NCBI GenBank assembly: GCA_028819475.1
Contig: JAPPLJ010000048.1
Location: 17,905-81,904, forward strand
DNA length: 64,000 nt
Source of the DNA: Rhodospirillaceae bacterium
GTDB lineage: Bacteria > Pseudomonadota > Alphaproteobacteria > Bin65
Direction: 5' to 3'
Positions 8,589 to 19,782 of the stretch are shown in pieces. Positions within the stretch are counted from its first letter, which is position 1. Each line of letters opens with the position of its first letter. The notes beneath the pieces were generated by a model. It had not been told where the DNA came from and made no database searches. It saw only the letters and a program-made list of their open reading frames with translations. Made by a program: the position numbers and the translations under genes.

Positions 8589-10100
8589 ATGGCCGCTTTT
8601 CCGATGACAGTCTTCGAGGCCGCTGCGGCCCGTCCCGGGCGGTCGGTCGTGGCGCTGTGCGCGGCGCAGGCGTTGTTCTGGACCCTGGCGCCGGCGCTGA
8701 CCCACAGCGCGCCGCCGCTCGACGTCGTCGAGATGCTGGTTTGGGGCCGGGAAGGCGTCGTCGCCACCTACAAGCATCCCAACCTTCCCGGCCTGCTGCT
8801 CGAAGCGGTCCGCCTGGCCTCCTTCGGCGCGCTCTGGCCGGTCTATCTGTTCGGGCAAGGCTGCGTCGCCGCGACCTTCGCCGCCGTCTACCTGCTGGGC
8901 CGGGACCTGCTGGGGCCAGGCCGGGCGCTCGCCGGCACCCTCCTGCTGACCGGTATCTTCTATTATTCCTGGCCGACGCCGGAGGTGAACCACAATCTCC
9001 TGCAGATGCCCCTCTGGGCGTGGACCGGGCTCGCCCTTTGGCGCGCGGTCCAGAGCGAGCGCATTCTCTGGTGGTTCTTGCTCGGCCTGTTCGCCGGCTT
9101 GTCGCTGTGGGCGAAATACTCATCCGGCCTGTTGCTTCTGGCGGCCTTTGTGTGGCTGCTGGCCGACGGGCGCGGGCGCGCCTGCCTCTCCCGGCCGGGC
9201 CCGTGGCTCGCGCTGGCTGCGTGCGCGCTCGTCGCGCTGCCGCAGGCGATTTACCTGGTCGAGTCCGGGTTCCTGCCGCTCGACTATGCGACGACGCGGG
9301 CGGGATCGAGCAAGGCCGGAGGACCTGTCTCCTTCCTGCTCGCCCAGCTGGCGGACCATGCCGTGTTCGCGCTCATGGCGCTGGCCGCCGGGTTGTTCGG
9401 CGCCGGCGCCGCACGCGCGCCGGCAGAGGAATCCGGGGCGCGCCGCTTCCTCCTGATACTCGGCATCGGACCCCTCCTGCTGACAGTGCTGGCGGCCGTC
9501 GCAACCGGCCTGGGGCTGAAGGACATGTGGGGCATGCCGATGTTCAACTGGTCCGGCCTGCTGCTGATGGCGCTGCTGCCGGGGCGCTTCGACGGGCGGC
9601 GGCTCGCCCGGCTCGGCGCGATGGCCGCCGGCCTGCTGGTGCTGGTCCCGGCGGCCTATGCCGCCGCCGTGCTGTTCGGCGCATCGATCTCCGACAAGCC
9701 GGTGCGGGTCGCCTGGCCGCAGGATGCAATCGCCGGCCGGCTGCTGCGCGGCTATATCGAGGAGACCGGCGCCGCGCCCCGGATCGTCGTCGGGCATCAA
9801 TGGCTGGCCGGCCTGGTCGCGCTGAAGGCGCCGGGCGGTCCGTCCGTATCGATAAATGCCGATCCGGGAAAATCGCCCTGGGTTTCGGACCGGGATATCG
9901 CCGAGCGCGGCGCGCTGGCGGTCTGGCGGACCGGGCGAAAACTGCCGCCGGGAATGGCTGCGCTCGCCGCCGGGCGGCCGCTGCGCCGGGAGACATTCCG
10001 GTGGAGCGACTCGCCGACGGCCCGCCCGATCCGGATTACCTGGACGGTGATTCCGCCCCGGCCTCCCGGAACACGAAAAACCGGTTCAGCAGATAGGTGA
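8589..10100 (+). CDS. GT-C fold glycosyltransferase (GT39/ArnT/PMT_2-like) membrane protein
   Basis: LDVVE acidic loop, YKHPNLP, NHN, LWAKYS and multiple TM helices. ATG at 8589. Confidence 0.85.
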   Translation: MAAFPMTVFEAAAARPGRSVVALCAAQALFWTLAPALTHSAPPLDVVEMLVWGREGVVATYKHPNLPGLLLEAVRLASFGALWPVYLFGQGCVAATFAAVYLLGRDLLGPGRALAGTLLLTGIFYYSWPTPEVNHNLLQMPLWAWTGLALWRAVQSERILWWFLLGLFAGLSLWAKYSSGLLLLAAFVWLLADGRGRACLSRPGPWLALAACALVALPQAIYLVESGFLPLDYATTRAGSSKAGGPVSFLLAQLADHAVFALMALAAGLFGAGAARAPAEESGARRFLLILGIGPLLLTVLAAVATGLGLKDMWGMPMFNWSGLLLMALLPGRFDGRRLARLGAMAAGLLVLVPAAYAAAVLFGASISDKPVRVAWPQDAIAGRLLRGYIEETGAAPRIVVGHQWLAGLVALKAPGGPSVSINADPGKSPWVSDRDIAERGALAVWRTGRKLPPGMAALAAGRPLRRETFRWSDSPTARPIRITWTVIPPRPPGTRKTGSADR

Positions 10101-10443
10101 GGACCGCCGCCAACCCGGTAAACAACAGAAAGCCGATGCGGTAGTCCAGGCCGCCGAGATCCGCCCAGAGCGCCATCGCTCCGCCGTGCAGCGCGACGAC
10201 GGCGGCATAGCCGGCGAGAAAGCGCGGCCCGGCCCGGCGGTGCGGGGCGCGGCTTCGCAAGACGAAACTGCGATTGCCGATATAGGACACCGCGATGCCG
10301 CATACGGCCGCCAGCGCGTTGGCGATCGCCGCCGAGGCCATGCCGGCGCCTTCCACCAGGCCGGCGAGGACGGCGTAGTGCACCGCGGTCGCGAACAGTC
10401 CGTTCAGCACGAAGCGCAGGACCCGGCCGGCTTCCTCACGCAT
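10036..10443 (-). CDS. GtrA family small membrane protein (lipid-linked sugar translocation)
   Basis: RFVLNGLFATAVHY...ANALA...SYIGNRSFV...YLLNRFFVF, 4 TM helices. Confidence 0.9.
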   Translation of the reverse strand: MREEAGRVLRFVLNGLFATAVHYAVLAGLVEGAGMASAAIANALAAVCGIAVSYIGNRSFVLRSRAPHRRAGPRFLAGYAAVVALHGGAMALWADLGGLDYRIGFLLFTGLAAVLTYLLNRFFVFREAGAESPSR

Positions 10444-11446
10444 CGGAAGGATCGTCGGGGGCGGGATCGCCGGTGTCGGGATTGCCGGGCGCCGTTTCGG
10501 TCTCCAGGATCAGCGACACCGCCGCCGCTTCGAGGTCCGCCGGCGAGCGGTAGCCGAGCGCGTTCATGATCAGCGCCACCAGGCTGAGGATCGCGGTCTG
10601 GAGAAAGACCAGGACCAGGAACCCGGTTACGAAGGTCAGCCAGCCGGGCGTCGTCTGGCCGGCGAGCTTCAGCGCCAGGCCAACCAGGAATATCGCGACG
10701 CCCGACGCCGCCGCCCAGGCGCAGACCGCGCCCATCCGGGTCAGCACGGCGTCGTCGAACACCGCTACCGCGCGCAGGCCGTGGAGCGCCAGGTCGTAGA
10801 AATTCATCTGCGAGCGGCCCGAGTAGCGTGCGCCGCGGTCGCAAGGGATTTCTGCGCGCCTGAGACGGGACTTGATCAGCGCCGCGGCAAGGTGGATCCG
10901 CGTCTCCTGCATCGCCGTCAGGCGCAGCAGGGCGCGCCGGCCGAGGGCGCAGAAATTGCCGGACCGGATTTCGCGGCCCGTCATCAGGCCGAAGAACAGG
11001 CGGTAGATCCGGTAGAACAGCCGGAACGACAGCGATTCGCGCCGGCGCCCCCGGCGGGCCGCGGCGGCGTCGCAGTCCGGCCCCACCGCCGCGATCAGGC
11101 GCGGGATATCCTCCGGCCTGTCCTCGCCGTCGCTGTCCATGACGACGGCCCCGTCGTGGCGCGGGTCCGCGGCCGCCACCGTCAGGCCGACCCAGGCCGC
11201 CGTCTGGTGCCCGCAATTGCGCTTCAGGCGGACGATCCGGCCGGCGAGGCCCGCTTCGCGCATGGCGTCGATCGCAGGCGGCGAGCCGATCGAGCCGTCG
11301 TCGACCGCGAGGATCTCCAGGGTGACGCTGGCGTCGACGCGCGCCAGGTCCCGGCACAGCGCGGCGAAGGAGGCGCCGTCCTCGAAAACGGGGGTGACGA
11401 CGGCCCAGACCGAATCGGGCCGAGCCGCCTCACGGCTGTGCGACAT
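10436..11446 (-). CDS. GT2 polyprenol-phosphate glycosyltransferase (GtrB/ArnC-like)
   Basis: [27 protein letters not shown] (DxD), C-terminal TM pair with TPGW. Start at 11446 overlaps the end of the UXS gene. Confidence 0.88.
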   Translation of the reverse strand: MSHSREAARPDSVWAVVTPVFEDGASFAALCRDLARVDASVTLEILAVDDGSIGSPPAIDAMREAGLAGRIVRLKRNCGHQTAAWVGLTVAAADPRHDGAVVMDSDGEDRPEDIPRLIAAVGPDCDAAAARRGRRRESLSFRLFYRIYRLFFGLMTGREIRSGNFCALGRRALLRLTAMQETRIHLAAALIKSRLRRAEIPCDRGARYSGRSQMNFYDLALHGLRAVAVFDDAVLTRMGAVCAWAAASGVAIFLVGLALKLAGQTTPGWLTFVTGFLVLVFLQTAILSLVALIMNALGYRSPADLEAAAVSLILETETAPGNPDTGDPAPDDPSDA

Positions 11447-12413
11447 CGATCCGGTGTTCCGGGACGGTGCGCAGCAGCTCGCGGAACCAGGCGACGGTCT
11501 CTGCGAGGCCGGATTCCAGGTCCGTATCCGGCGACCAGCCGAGCAGCCGGGCGGCGCGCGAAATGTCGGGCCGGCGGCGCACCGGGTCGTCCTCCTGCAG
11601 CGGAACGAAGACCGTGGACGAGCCGCTGCCGCAGAGCCGCACGATCGTCTCGGCGAGCCCGGCGATGGCGGTTTCCTGCGGATTGCCGAAATTGACCGGC
11701 CCCGGCGGCGCATCCTCGAGCGCCATGTAGGCCAGAAGCCCGTCGACCAGGTCGTCGACATAGCAGAAGGACCGGGTCTGGCTGCCGTCGCCGGCGACGG
11801 TCAGCGGCCGGCCGAGCAGGGCCTGGACGATGAAATTGGAGACCACCCGCCCGTCCGACGCGTGCATGTGGGGTCCGTAGGTGTTGAAAATGCGCGCGAC
11901 GCGGGTATCGACGCCGTACTGGCGGTGATAGTCGAAGAACAGGGTCTCGGCGCAGCGCTTGCCCTCGTCGTAGCAGGCGCGCGGGCCGATCGGGTTGACA
12001 TTGCCCCAGTCGTCTTCGGCCTGGGGATGGGTGAGCGGATCGCCATACACCTCGCTGGTCGAGGCCTGGAGGATACGCGCACCGCAGCGCCGGGCGAGGT
12101 CCAGCATGTTGATCGCGCCGTGCACCGAGGTTTTCACGGTCTGCACCGGATCGTGCTTGTAGTGCACCGGGCTCGCCGGGCAGGCGAGGTTGAAGATGCG
12201 GTCGACCTCGAGGCGCAGCGGCTCCGTCACGTCGTGGCGGATGAATTCGAAATTCGGCGCGCCGAGAAGCGGGGCGATGTTTGCCTTGGACCCTGTGAAC
12301 AGATTGTCGAGACAGATGACGTCGCAGCCCTCGCGGATCAGCCGTGCGCAGAGATGCGAGCCGATGAAGCCGGCTCCCCCGGTGACGAGTGTGCGTTCGG
12401 TGTAGTGCTTCAT
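11430..12413 (-). CDS. uxs: UDP-glucuronate decarboxylase (UDP-xylose synthase), extended SDR
   Basis: [58 protein letters not shown]. Confidence 0.9.
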   Translation of the reverse strand: MKHYTERTLVTGGAGFIGSHLCARLIREGCDVICLDNLFTGSKANIAPLLGAPNFEFIRHDVTEPLRLEVDRIFNLACPASPVHYKHDPVQTVKTSVHGAINMLDLARRCGARILQASTSEVYGDPLTHPQAEDDWGNVNPIGPRACYDEGKRCAETLFFDYHRQYGVDTRVARIFNTYGPHMHASDGRVVSNFIVQALLGRPLTVAGDGSQTRSFCYVDDLVDGLLAYMALEDAPPGPVNFGNPQETAIAGLAETIVRLCGSGSSTVFVPLQEDDPVRRRPDISRAARLLGWSPDTDLESGLAETVAWFRELLRTVPEHRIDVAQP

Positions 12414-12663
12414 CTGCGCGCCGGCGCCGGGTGATATGACCGCGGAATGCCGGTCCCGCCCCGTCCCGGCCGTTTCGGGCGCCTGCCGGTCCGGTATGCG
12501 ATGTTCGGCGGCCGGTTATATCACCGGGCGCGGCGGGCAAGTCTGCGGCTTTACGTCTGGCGGCGTCGGTGCCTGCAAGGCGGGCGATATGGCCGCTTTC
12601 CCGGCGGCGCGGCTTCTGGCACCTGTCTTCCGGCACAACCGCTCGCCCCGACCCGCTCCCGCC

Positions 12664-14367
<1,704 letters not shown>

Positions 14368-14481
14368 GAGACGGACGGGCTTGCACAGGGCGGACAGGGG
14401 ATGAAGCGCATGAGCGAAATGCGCTAGGATCGGCCGCACCCGCCCGCCGGTCTTTCGCAACGGCCTTCACAGGGAACCGCC

Positions 14482-17277
14482 ATGCCCGCCCCGCAGCTCT
14501 ATCTGATCGACGGCTCGGCCTATATCTTCCGGGCGTTTCACGCCATTCCGGTCGATTCCTTCAAGCGCTCCGACGGCGTGCACACCAACGCCGTCAACGG
14601 CTTCTGCAACATGATCGTGAAGCTGATCGAGCAGGTGCGCTCTGACGATGCGGAGGACTTTCTGGCGGTGATCTTCGACGCCTCCTCGAAGACGTTCCGC
14701 AACGATCTCTATCCCGAATACAAGGCAAACCGCGACGAGCCGCCGGAGGAGCTGCGCCCGCAGTTCGCCCTGGTGCGCGAGGCGACCCGCGCCTTCAACC
14801 TGCCCTGCATCGAGCTGGAGGGCTACGAGGCCGACGACCTGATCGCGACCTATGCGAAAGAGGCGACGGCCAAGGGCTTCGAGACCGTCATCGTGTCGTC
14901 CGACAAGGACCTGATGCAGCTGGTGAACGACAGCGTCACCATGTTCGATCCGATGAAGGACAAGCGGATCGCCGCGCCGGAGGTGGCCGAGAAGTTCGGC
15001 GTCGCGCCGGACAAGGTGGTCGACGTCCAGGCATTGATGGGCGACAGCACCGACAACGTGCCCGGCGTGCCCGGCATCGGCCAGAAGACGGCGGCGCAGC
15101 TGATCGGCGAATACGGCGATCTCGATACGCTGCTCGCCCGGGCGTCCGAGATCAAGCAGAACAAGCGCCGCGAAAACCTGATCGAATTCGCCGACATGGC
15201 GCGCCTGTCGCGCGATCTGGTCGTGCTGAAGGACGACGTGCCGACAGACGCGGCGGTCGAAGAATTCCGCCTGGAGCCGCCGGAGCCGGACGTGCTGCTC
15301 GGCTTCCTGCGCCAGCAGGAGTTCCGCACCATCACCCGGCGGATGGAGGCCGGGTTCGTCGAGGCCGGGCTGATCGAGGCGCAACCGGACGAGGCCGCCG
15401 ATCCCGCGCCGGCGCCGGAAGCCGCGGTCTACGAGGCGGTTCAGGACGAGGCGCGGCTCGCCGAATGGATTGCGCTGGCGCGCGAGCGCGGCACGGTCGC
15501 CTTCGATACCGAGACGACCTCGCTGAACGAGATGCGCGCCGAGCTGGTCGGCTTTTCGCTGGCGGTCGAGCCGGGCCGGGCCTGCTATGTGCCGCTCGCC
15601 CATGTCGCGCCGGGCTCGGACGGCGGCGCGGCCCTGGCGCTCGACGGCGCGGCGGCGCCGGAGCAGATCCCGTTCGAGCGGGCGCTCGCCCTGCTCAAGG
15701 ACCTGCTGGAGGACCCGGCGACCCTCAAGATCGGCCACAACATCAAGTATGACGCGGTGGTCATGGCCCGCTACGGCATCGCCATCGCGCCGGTCGACGA
15801 CACCATGCTGCTCAGCTATGTCTGCGACGCCGGCCGCCACAAGCACGGTCTCGACGATCTCGCCTGGCTGCATTTCGAGCACAGCACGATCAAGTACGCC
15901 GACGTCTGCGGCAAGGGCAAGGCGCAGATCGGCTTCGCCGAGGCGGACCTCGACAAGGCGACCGACTATGCCGCCGAGGACGCCGAGATCACCCTGCGCC
16001 TGCACCGGCTGCTCAAGCCGCGCCTGGTCGCCGGGCGGGTGACGACGGTCTACGAGACGCTGGAGCGGCCGCTGGTTCCGGTGCTGGCGCAGATGGAGCG
16101 CACCGGCATCCTGGTCGACGCCGGGCACCTCAAGCGGCTATCCGGCGATTTCGAGCAGCGCATGGCCGGGTACGAGGCAGAGATCCACGGTCTTGCCGGC
16201 GAGCCCTTCGCCATCGGCTCGCCCAAGCAGCTCGGCGAAATCCTGTTCGACCGGATGGGCCTGGAAGGCGGCCGCAAGACCAAGACCGGCGCCTGGGGCA
16301 CCGGGGCCGACGTGCTGGAGAGCCTCGCCGCCCAGGGCCACGACCTGCCGGCCCGGGTGCTCGACTGGCGGCAGCTCGCCAAGCTCAAGAGCACCTACAC
16401 CGATGCCCTGGTCGGCGAAATCAACCCGCAGACCGGCCGGGTCCACACCTCCTACGCCATGGCGGTGGCCTCGACCGGGCGGCTGTCGTCGAACGATCCG
16501 AACCTGCAGAACATCCCGGTGCGGACCGAGGAGGGACGGCGCATCCGCGAGGCCTTCGTTCCGGACGCCGGCTACACGCTGGTCTCGCTGGACTATTCCC
16601 AGATCGAATTGCGCCTGCTCGCCCATGTCGCCGACATGGCGGTATTGAAGCAGGCCTTCCGCGACGGCGTCGACATCCACGCCATGACGGCCTCCGAGGT
16701 GTTCGGCGTGCCGGTGGACGGCATGGACCCGATGGTGCGCCGCCGCGCCAAGGCGATCAATTTCGGCATCATCTACGGCATCTCGGCCTTCGGGCTGGCC
16801 AACCAGCTGCGCATCGACCGCGGCGAGGCCCGGGCCTTCATCGACGCCTATTTCGAGAAGTTCCCCGGCATCCGCGACTACATGGAGACGACCAAGGACT
16901 TCGCCCGGCGCAACGGGTATGTGGTGACGCCGTTCGGCCGCAGGATTCATGTCACCGGCATCGGCGACAAGAACCCGTCTCACCGCGCCTTCGCCGAGCG
17001 CCAGGCGATCAACGCGCCCTTGCAGGGCGGGGCGGCCGACATCATCAAGCGCGCGATGATCCGCGTGCCGGCGGCGCTGGCGGCCGAAGGGCTGGGCGCC
17101 CGGATGCTGCTCCAGGTCCATGACGAACTGTTGTTCGAAGTACCGGATGGCGAGGTCGAGGGCACGGTCGCCGCGCTCAAGCCGATGATGGAGCGCGCCG
17201 CCCTGCCGGCGGTCGACCTCTCCGTCCCCCTCGTCGTCGACGCCGGCGCCGCCGGCAACTGGGCCGCGGCGCACTAG
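14482..17277 (+). CDS. polA: DNA polymerase I
   Basis: 5'-3' exonuclease (DGSAYIFRAFH, YKANR, SSDKD), 3'-5' exonuclease (FDTET) and polymerase motifs (DYSQIELR, AKAINFGIIYG, QVHDEL). Confidence 0.98.
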   Translation: MPAPQLYLIDGSAYIFRAFHAIPVDSFKRSDGVHTNAVNGFCNMIVKLIEQVRSDDAEDFLAVIFDASSKTFRNDLYPEYKANRDEPPEELRPQFALVREATRAFNLPCIELEGYEADDLIATYAKEATAKGFETVIVSSDKDLMQLVNDSVTMFDPMKDKRIAAPEVAEKFGVAPDKVVDVQALMGDSTDNVPGVPGIGQKTAAQLIGEYGDLDTLLARASEIKQNKRRENLIEFADMARLSRDLVVLKDDVPTDAAVEEFRLEPPEPDVLLGFLRQQEFRTITRRMEAGFVEAGLIEAQPDEAADPAPAPEAAVYEAVQDEARLAEWIALARERGTVAFDTETTSLNEMRAELVGFSLAVEPGRACYVPLAHVAPGSDGGAALALDGAAAPEQIPFERALALLKDLLEDPATLKIGHNIKYDAVVMARYGIAIAPVDDTMLLSYVCDAGRHKHGLDDLAWLHFEHSTIKYADVCGKGKAQIGFAEADLDKATDYAAEDAEITLRLHRLLKPRLVAGRVTTVYETLERPLVPVLAQMERTGILVDAGHLKRLSGDFEQRMAGYEAEIHGLAGEPFAIGSPKQLGEILFDRMGLEGGRKTKTGAWGTGADVLESLAAQGHDLPARVLDWRQLAKLKSTYTDALVGEINPQTGRVHTSYAMAVASTGRLSSNDPNLQNIPVRTEEGRRIREAFVPDAGYTLVSLDYSQIELRLLAHVADMAVLKQAFRDGVDIHAMTASEVFGVPVDGMDPMVRRRAKAINFGIIYGISAFGLANQLRIDRGEARAFIDAYFEKFPGIRDYMETTKDFARRNGYVVTPFGRRIHVTGIGDKNPSHRAFAERQAINAPLQGGAADIIKRAMIRVPAALAAEGLGARMLLQVHDELLFEVPDGEVEGTVAALKPMMERAALPAVDLSVPLVVDAGAAGNWAAAH

Positions 17278-17286
17278 GGCGGCGCC

Positions 17287-18822
17287 TCACGCGGGACGCG
17301 CGTGCGCCGGCTCCCTGACGGTATTCTCCCGGCCGACCGTCGCCAGCGACTCGCTCAGTTCGGCCAGCGCCAGCGTATCGCGGGCGCAGTAGGCGCGCAG
17401 GTCGGCGAATGTGCGCCGGCGCTCTTCCGGATCGTCGGCCGCCAGCGCCCGGACGTAACGCGCGGCCGCCATCTGCCCGTCGGCGATCGAAAGGTCGGCG
17501 TAGTCCATGCCGGGAACGAGCGCGGGCAGCACGCTCTTGATCGAGAAGGAACCGCGGAACGCGGGGTGGTAGATGCTGTCGCGCACCGGCGGCAACAGGT
17601 CGAACAGCCGGGCCCCGATGGCGCGAAGCGCCGCCGCCCGTTCCGGCAGTGCCGCCGCAAGGTCGCGCAGGATGCGGCCCTCATAGCCGGAGTAGGTGCA
17701 AATGCTGCCGCTCCGGCCCAGCGCCTCGATCAGCCGGTCGGCCAGCGCCGGGCGGGGGTCGTCAGCGCCCTCGTGCAGATAGTCGGCATGGTCCGGCGGC
17801 GCGCCCCGGCGTTCGGTATGCACCGAGAAGAGAAAGGGGATCGCATCGTAGGGGCGCGTGCCGGCAAAGCGCGGGACCGCCGGTGAGAATGTCTCGAAAT
17901 CCAGATAGCGGACCGGCTGCCTCCGCCGGGCCAGTATGCCCGCGATGTCGCCATGCAGCACCGGGCGGCCTTCGATGACCGCGCGCCGGACGATGCGCTG
18001 CAACGGCGTGAGCGGGAAGCCGTCGGGAATGTCGCGTATCTCCTGGATTCCGCCAGCGTCGAGCCGGCCGCGTTCCGCCTTCCCCAGCCGGGGCAGTTCG
18101 TCGATACCGTGGTTCGGCGGTACGTCGTTGCGCGTGCAATGGGCGTGATACGGGCAATGATAGGGGTCGAAGCAATGGTCGCCGGCCGCGATGTCCGGCG
18201 CGGCCGGCGCGGCGAGCATGGCCTGCATCCCGTCCACTTCGGCCTCGACGGCCGCGAGCAGCGCCTCCGCCCGGCCGGTCACCGGGTGCAGCCGGAACAG
18301 CGCGCCGGGGTCGAGCCGCCGGCCGTCGTAGACATAGTCCCGGTCGAGGGTGAGGACGCAGGCCTCGCGCACGTCGAGCCCGGCGCCGCGCAAAACCCAG
18401 AGCTGGACCGCGGCGTCGAGGACGAAAAGGTCCTTGAGCCGGGTCGTCGACTTGACCTCGGTCAGGCGCCAGCCGCCGGCGGGCAGGCGCTCGATAATGT
18501 CGGCGCGGACCAGCACCCCGCGATGCCGGCACGCCGCCTCGAACAGGGCCGGCGCGTTTCCCGCCTCGATAACCCGGCGGGTTTCCTCCAGCGCCTCCGG
18601 GATATGGCGGTGGTCGTGCGCTACAAGATGGCCGCCGGGGATGCGCGCGCACGCCAGTTCGCCGACTTCGTGGCCGGTGTCGAACACCGCCCGGAGCGCC
18701 TCGTCCGGCGCCGCCGCCAGGTCGCGTTCGTAGCAGTCGTACCAGAGCCGCAGATGGCACTGTGCCCCGGAAATGTAGCGGGATTTGGAGAGGGAGGATT
18801 CGCGCGTCACTCGGTTGCCCAT
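17287..18822 (-). CDS. DUF2779-type protein (N-terminal PD-(D/E)xK/Cas4-like nuclease region, C-terminal RNase H-like domain)
   Basis: LSKSRYISGAQCHLRLWY, RADII...LTEVKSTT, C..PYHCPYHAHC Cys cluster, YLDFET, FRGSFSIKSVLPAL, YCARDT. Confidence 0.82.
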   Translation of the reverse strand: MGNRVTRESSLSKSRYISGAQCHLRLWYDCYERDLAAAPDEALRAVFDTGHEVGELACARIPGGHLVAHDHRHIPEALEETRRVIEAGNAPALFEAACRHRGVLVRADIIERLPAGGWRLTEVKSTTRLKDLFVLDAAVQLWVLRGAGLDVREACVLTLDRDYVYDGRRLDPGALFRLHPVTGRAEALLAAVEAEVDGMQAMLAAPAAPDIAAGDHCFDPYHCPYHAHCTRNDVPPNHGIDELPRLGKAERGRLDAGGIQEIRDIPDGFPLTPLQRIVRRAVIEGRPVLHGDIAGILARRRQPVRYLDFETFSPAVPRFAGTRPYDAIPFLFSVHTERRGAPPDHADYLHEGADDPRPALADRLIEALGRSGSICTYSGYEGRILRDLAAALPERAAALRAIGARLFDLLPPVRDSIYHPAFRGSFSIKSVLPALVPGMDYADLSIADGQMAAARYVRALAADDPEERRRTFADLRAYCARDTLALAELSESLATVGRENTVREPAHARPA

Positions 18823-19565
18823 ATCTTCCGGGGACCTGTGTTTCCCGCCTGAGTTGTCCATTTTCTGAGATAATTTGCAAACAACGGACCGAAAGAACCG
18901 CGATTTTCGACGATGCTTGAAACTTTACAGAAATCCAAATTTGTGAGGTAACTTTCCGAGGGAGAGTCTCCTGTTGGGGTAATGTAGACGATTTCACTTG
19001 TCCATGGTCTATCTTTGACTATTACATCATACTTAAACACATTTTCCCATTTTTGTCCATTTGGTAATTTCGACTCACAAATCGCTCTCTCTAGTTCGCT
19101 TTCATTGCAAATTTTCACGATAGAGGCATTGGCAAGAAGAAAAAGAAGATGAGCATATTTTTTCTTGTATGTGGTTGCGAGGCATATCTCCCGCAATGCT
19201 TCCAACAGATAACAAGGCCCCACCATTTTTGCCCTGCGCAGATATTCGAGTTGTCCTTCGTCAAATGACCTGCTGTCCGTTTTTAATTCTACAAAATAAG
19301 CTACGTTAGAATCTTTGGAGAAAACTACATAATCTGTCTTAACAGACTGATTTTTTCCCTTTATGTGTTCGCCGCATAATGTACCCTTTCGTAGGGGGAA
19401 TTCGGGTATGATTGTACAGTCTTCTCTCCCGATTCCGAGGATATCGGGCAGAAACAGTCCGAAGAACGGCGCGAGGTTGGGCTCCAGCCGGTAGCCGGGA
19501 AGATGCCGCCAGCGATTCAGTTTGCTGAATACATCGGCGAAGTTCGGACGGTTTTGATCGGTCAT
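18807..19565 (-). CDS. AT-rich hypothetical protein with restriction-endonuclease-like PD-(D/E)xK motif
   Basis: 252 aa ORF: IIPEFPLR...KTDYVVFSKDSNVAYFVELKTDSRS...Q (D-x12-ExK-type). Core is much lower in GC than the flanks. Confidence 0.7.
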   Translation of the reverse strand: MTDQNRPNFADVFSKLNRWRHLPGYRLEPNLAPFFGLFLPDILGIGREDCTIIPEFPLRKGTLCGEHIKGKNQSVKTDYVVFSKDSNVAYFVELKTDSRSFDEGQLEYLRRAKMVGPCYLLEALREICLATTYKKKYAHLLFLLANASIVKICNESELERAICESKLPNGQKWENVFKYDVIVKDRPWTSEIVYITPTGDSPSESYLTNLDFCKVSSIVENRGSFGPLFANYLRKWTTQAGNTGPRKIWATE

Positions 19566-19782
19566 GCCATTTCCTTACGCGGGTCTGCGCGCAGCGCACA
19601 GACGTTCCCGTGCGCTGCGGATCGACACGCATTCTGGACTGCATCCGCCGGCCGGACAATGCGCTGCCGCTTTCCCAGTCTTCGGGTTTCCCCTGCGAAG
19701 CCCGGAAACTGCGAAAACGGGGTCGCCAGCCCGGTCCCTCCGCTGCCGCAGGGGAGTCCCGCGGCCAGAAGCCGGCGGCCTC

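Noticed and set aside
8589-12413. Complete arn (L-Ara4N, polymyxin resistance) operon
   Set aside because: No ArnB aminotransferase, ArnA formyltransferase domain or ArnD deformylase here; the SDR has stand-alone UXS motifs.
17287-18822. Cas4-like motif suggesting a CRISPR locus
   Set aside because: No repeat-spacer array and no cas1/cas2 or other cas genes in the window; the architecture fits stand-alone DUF2779.
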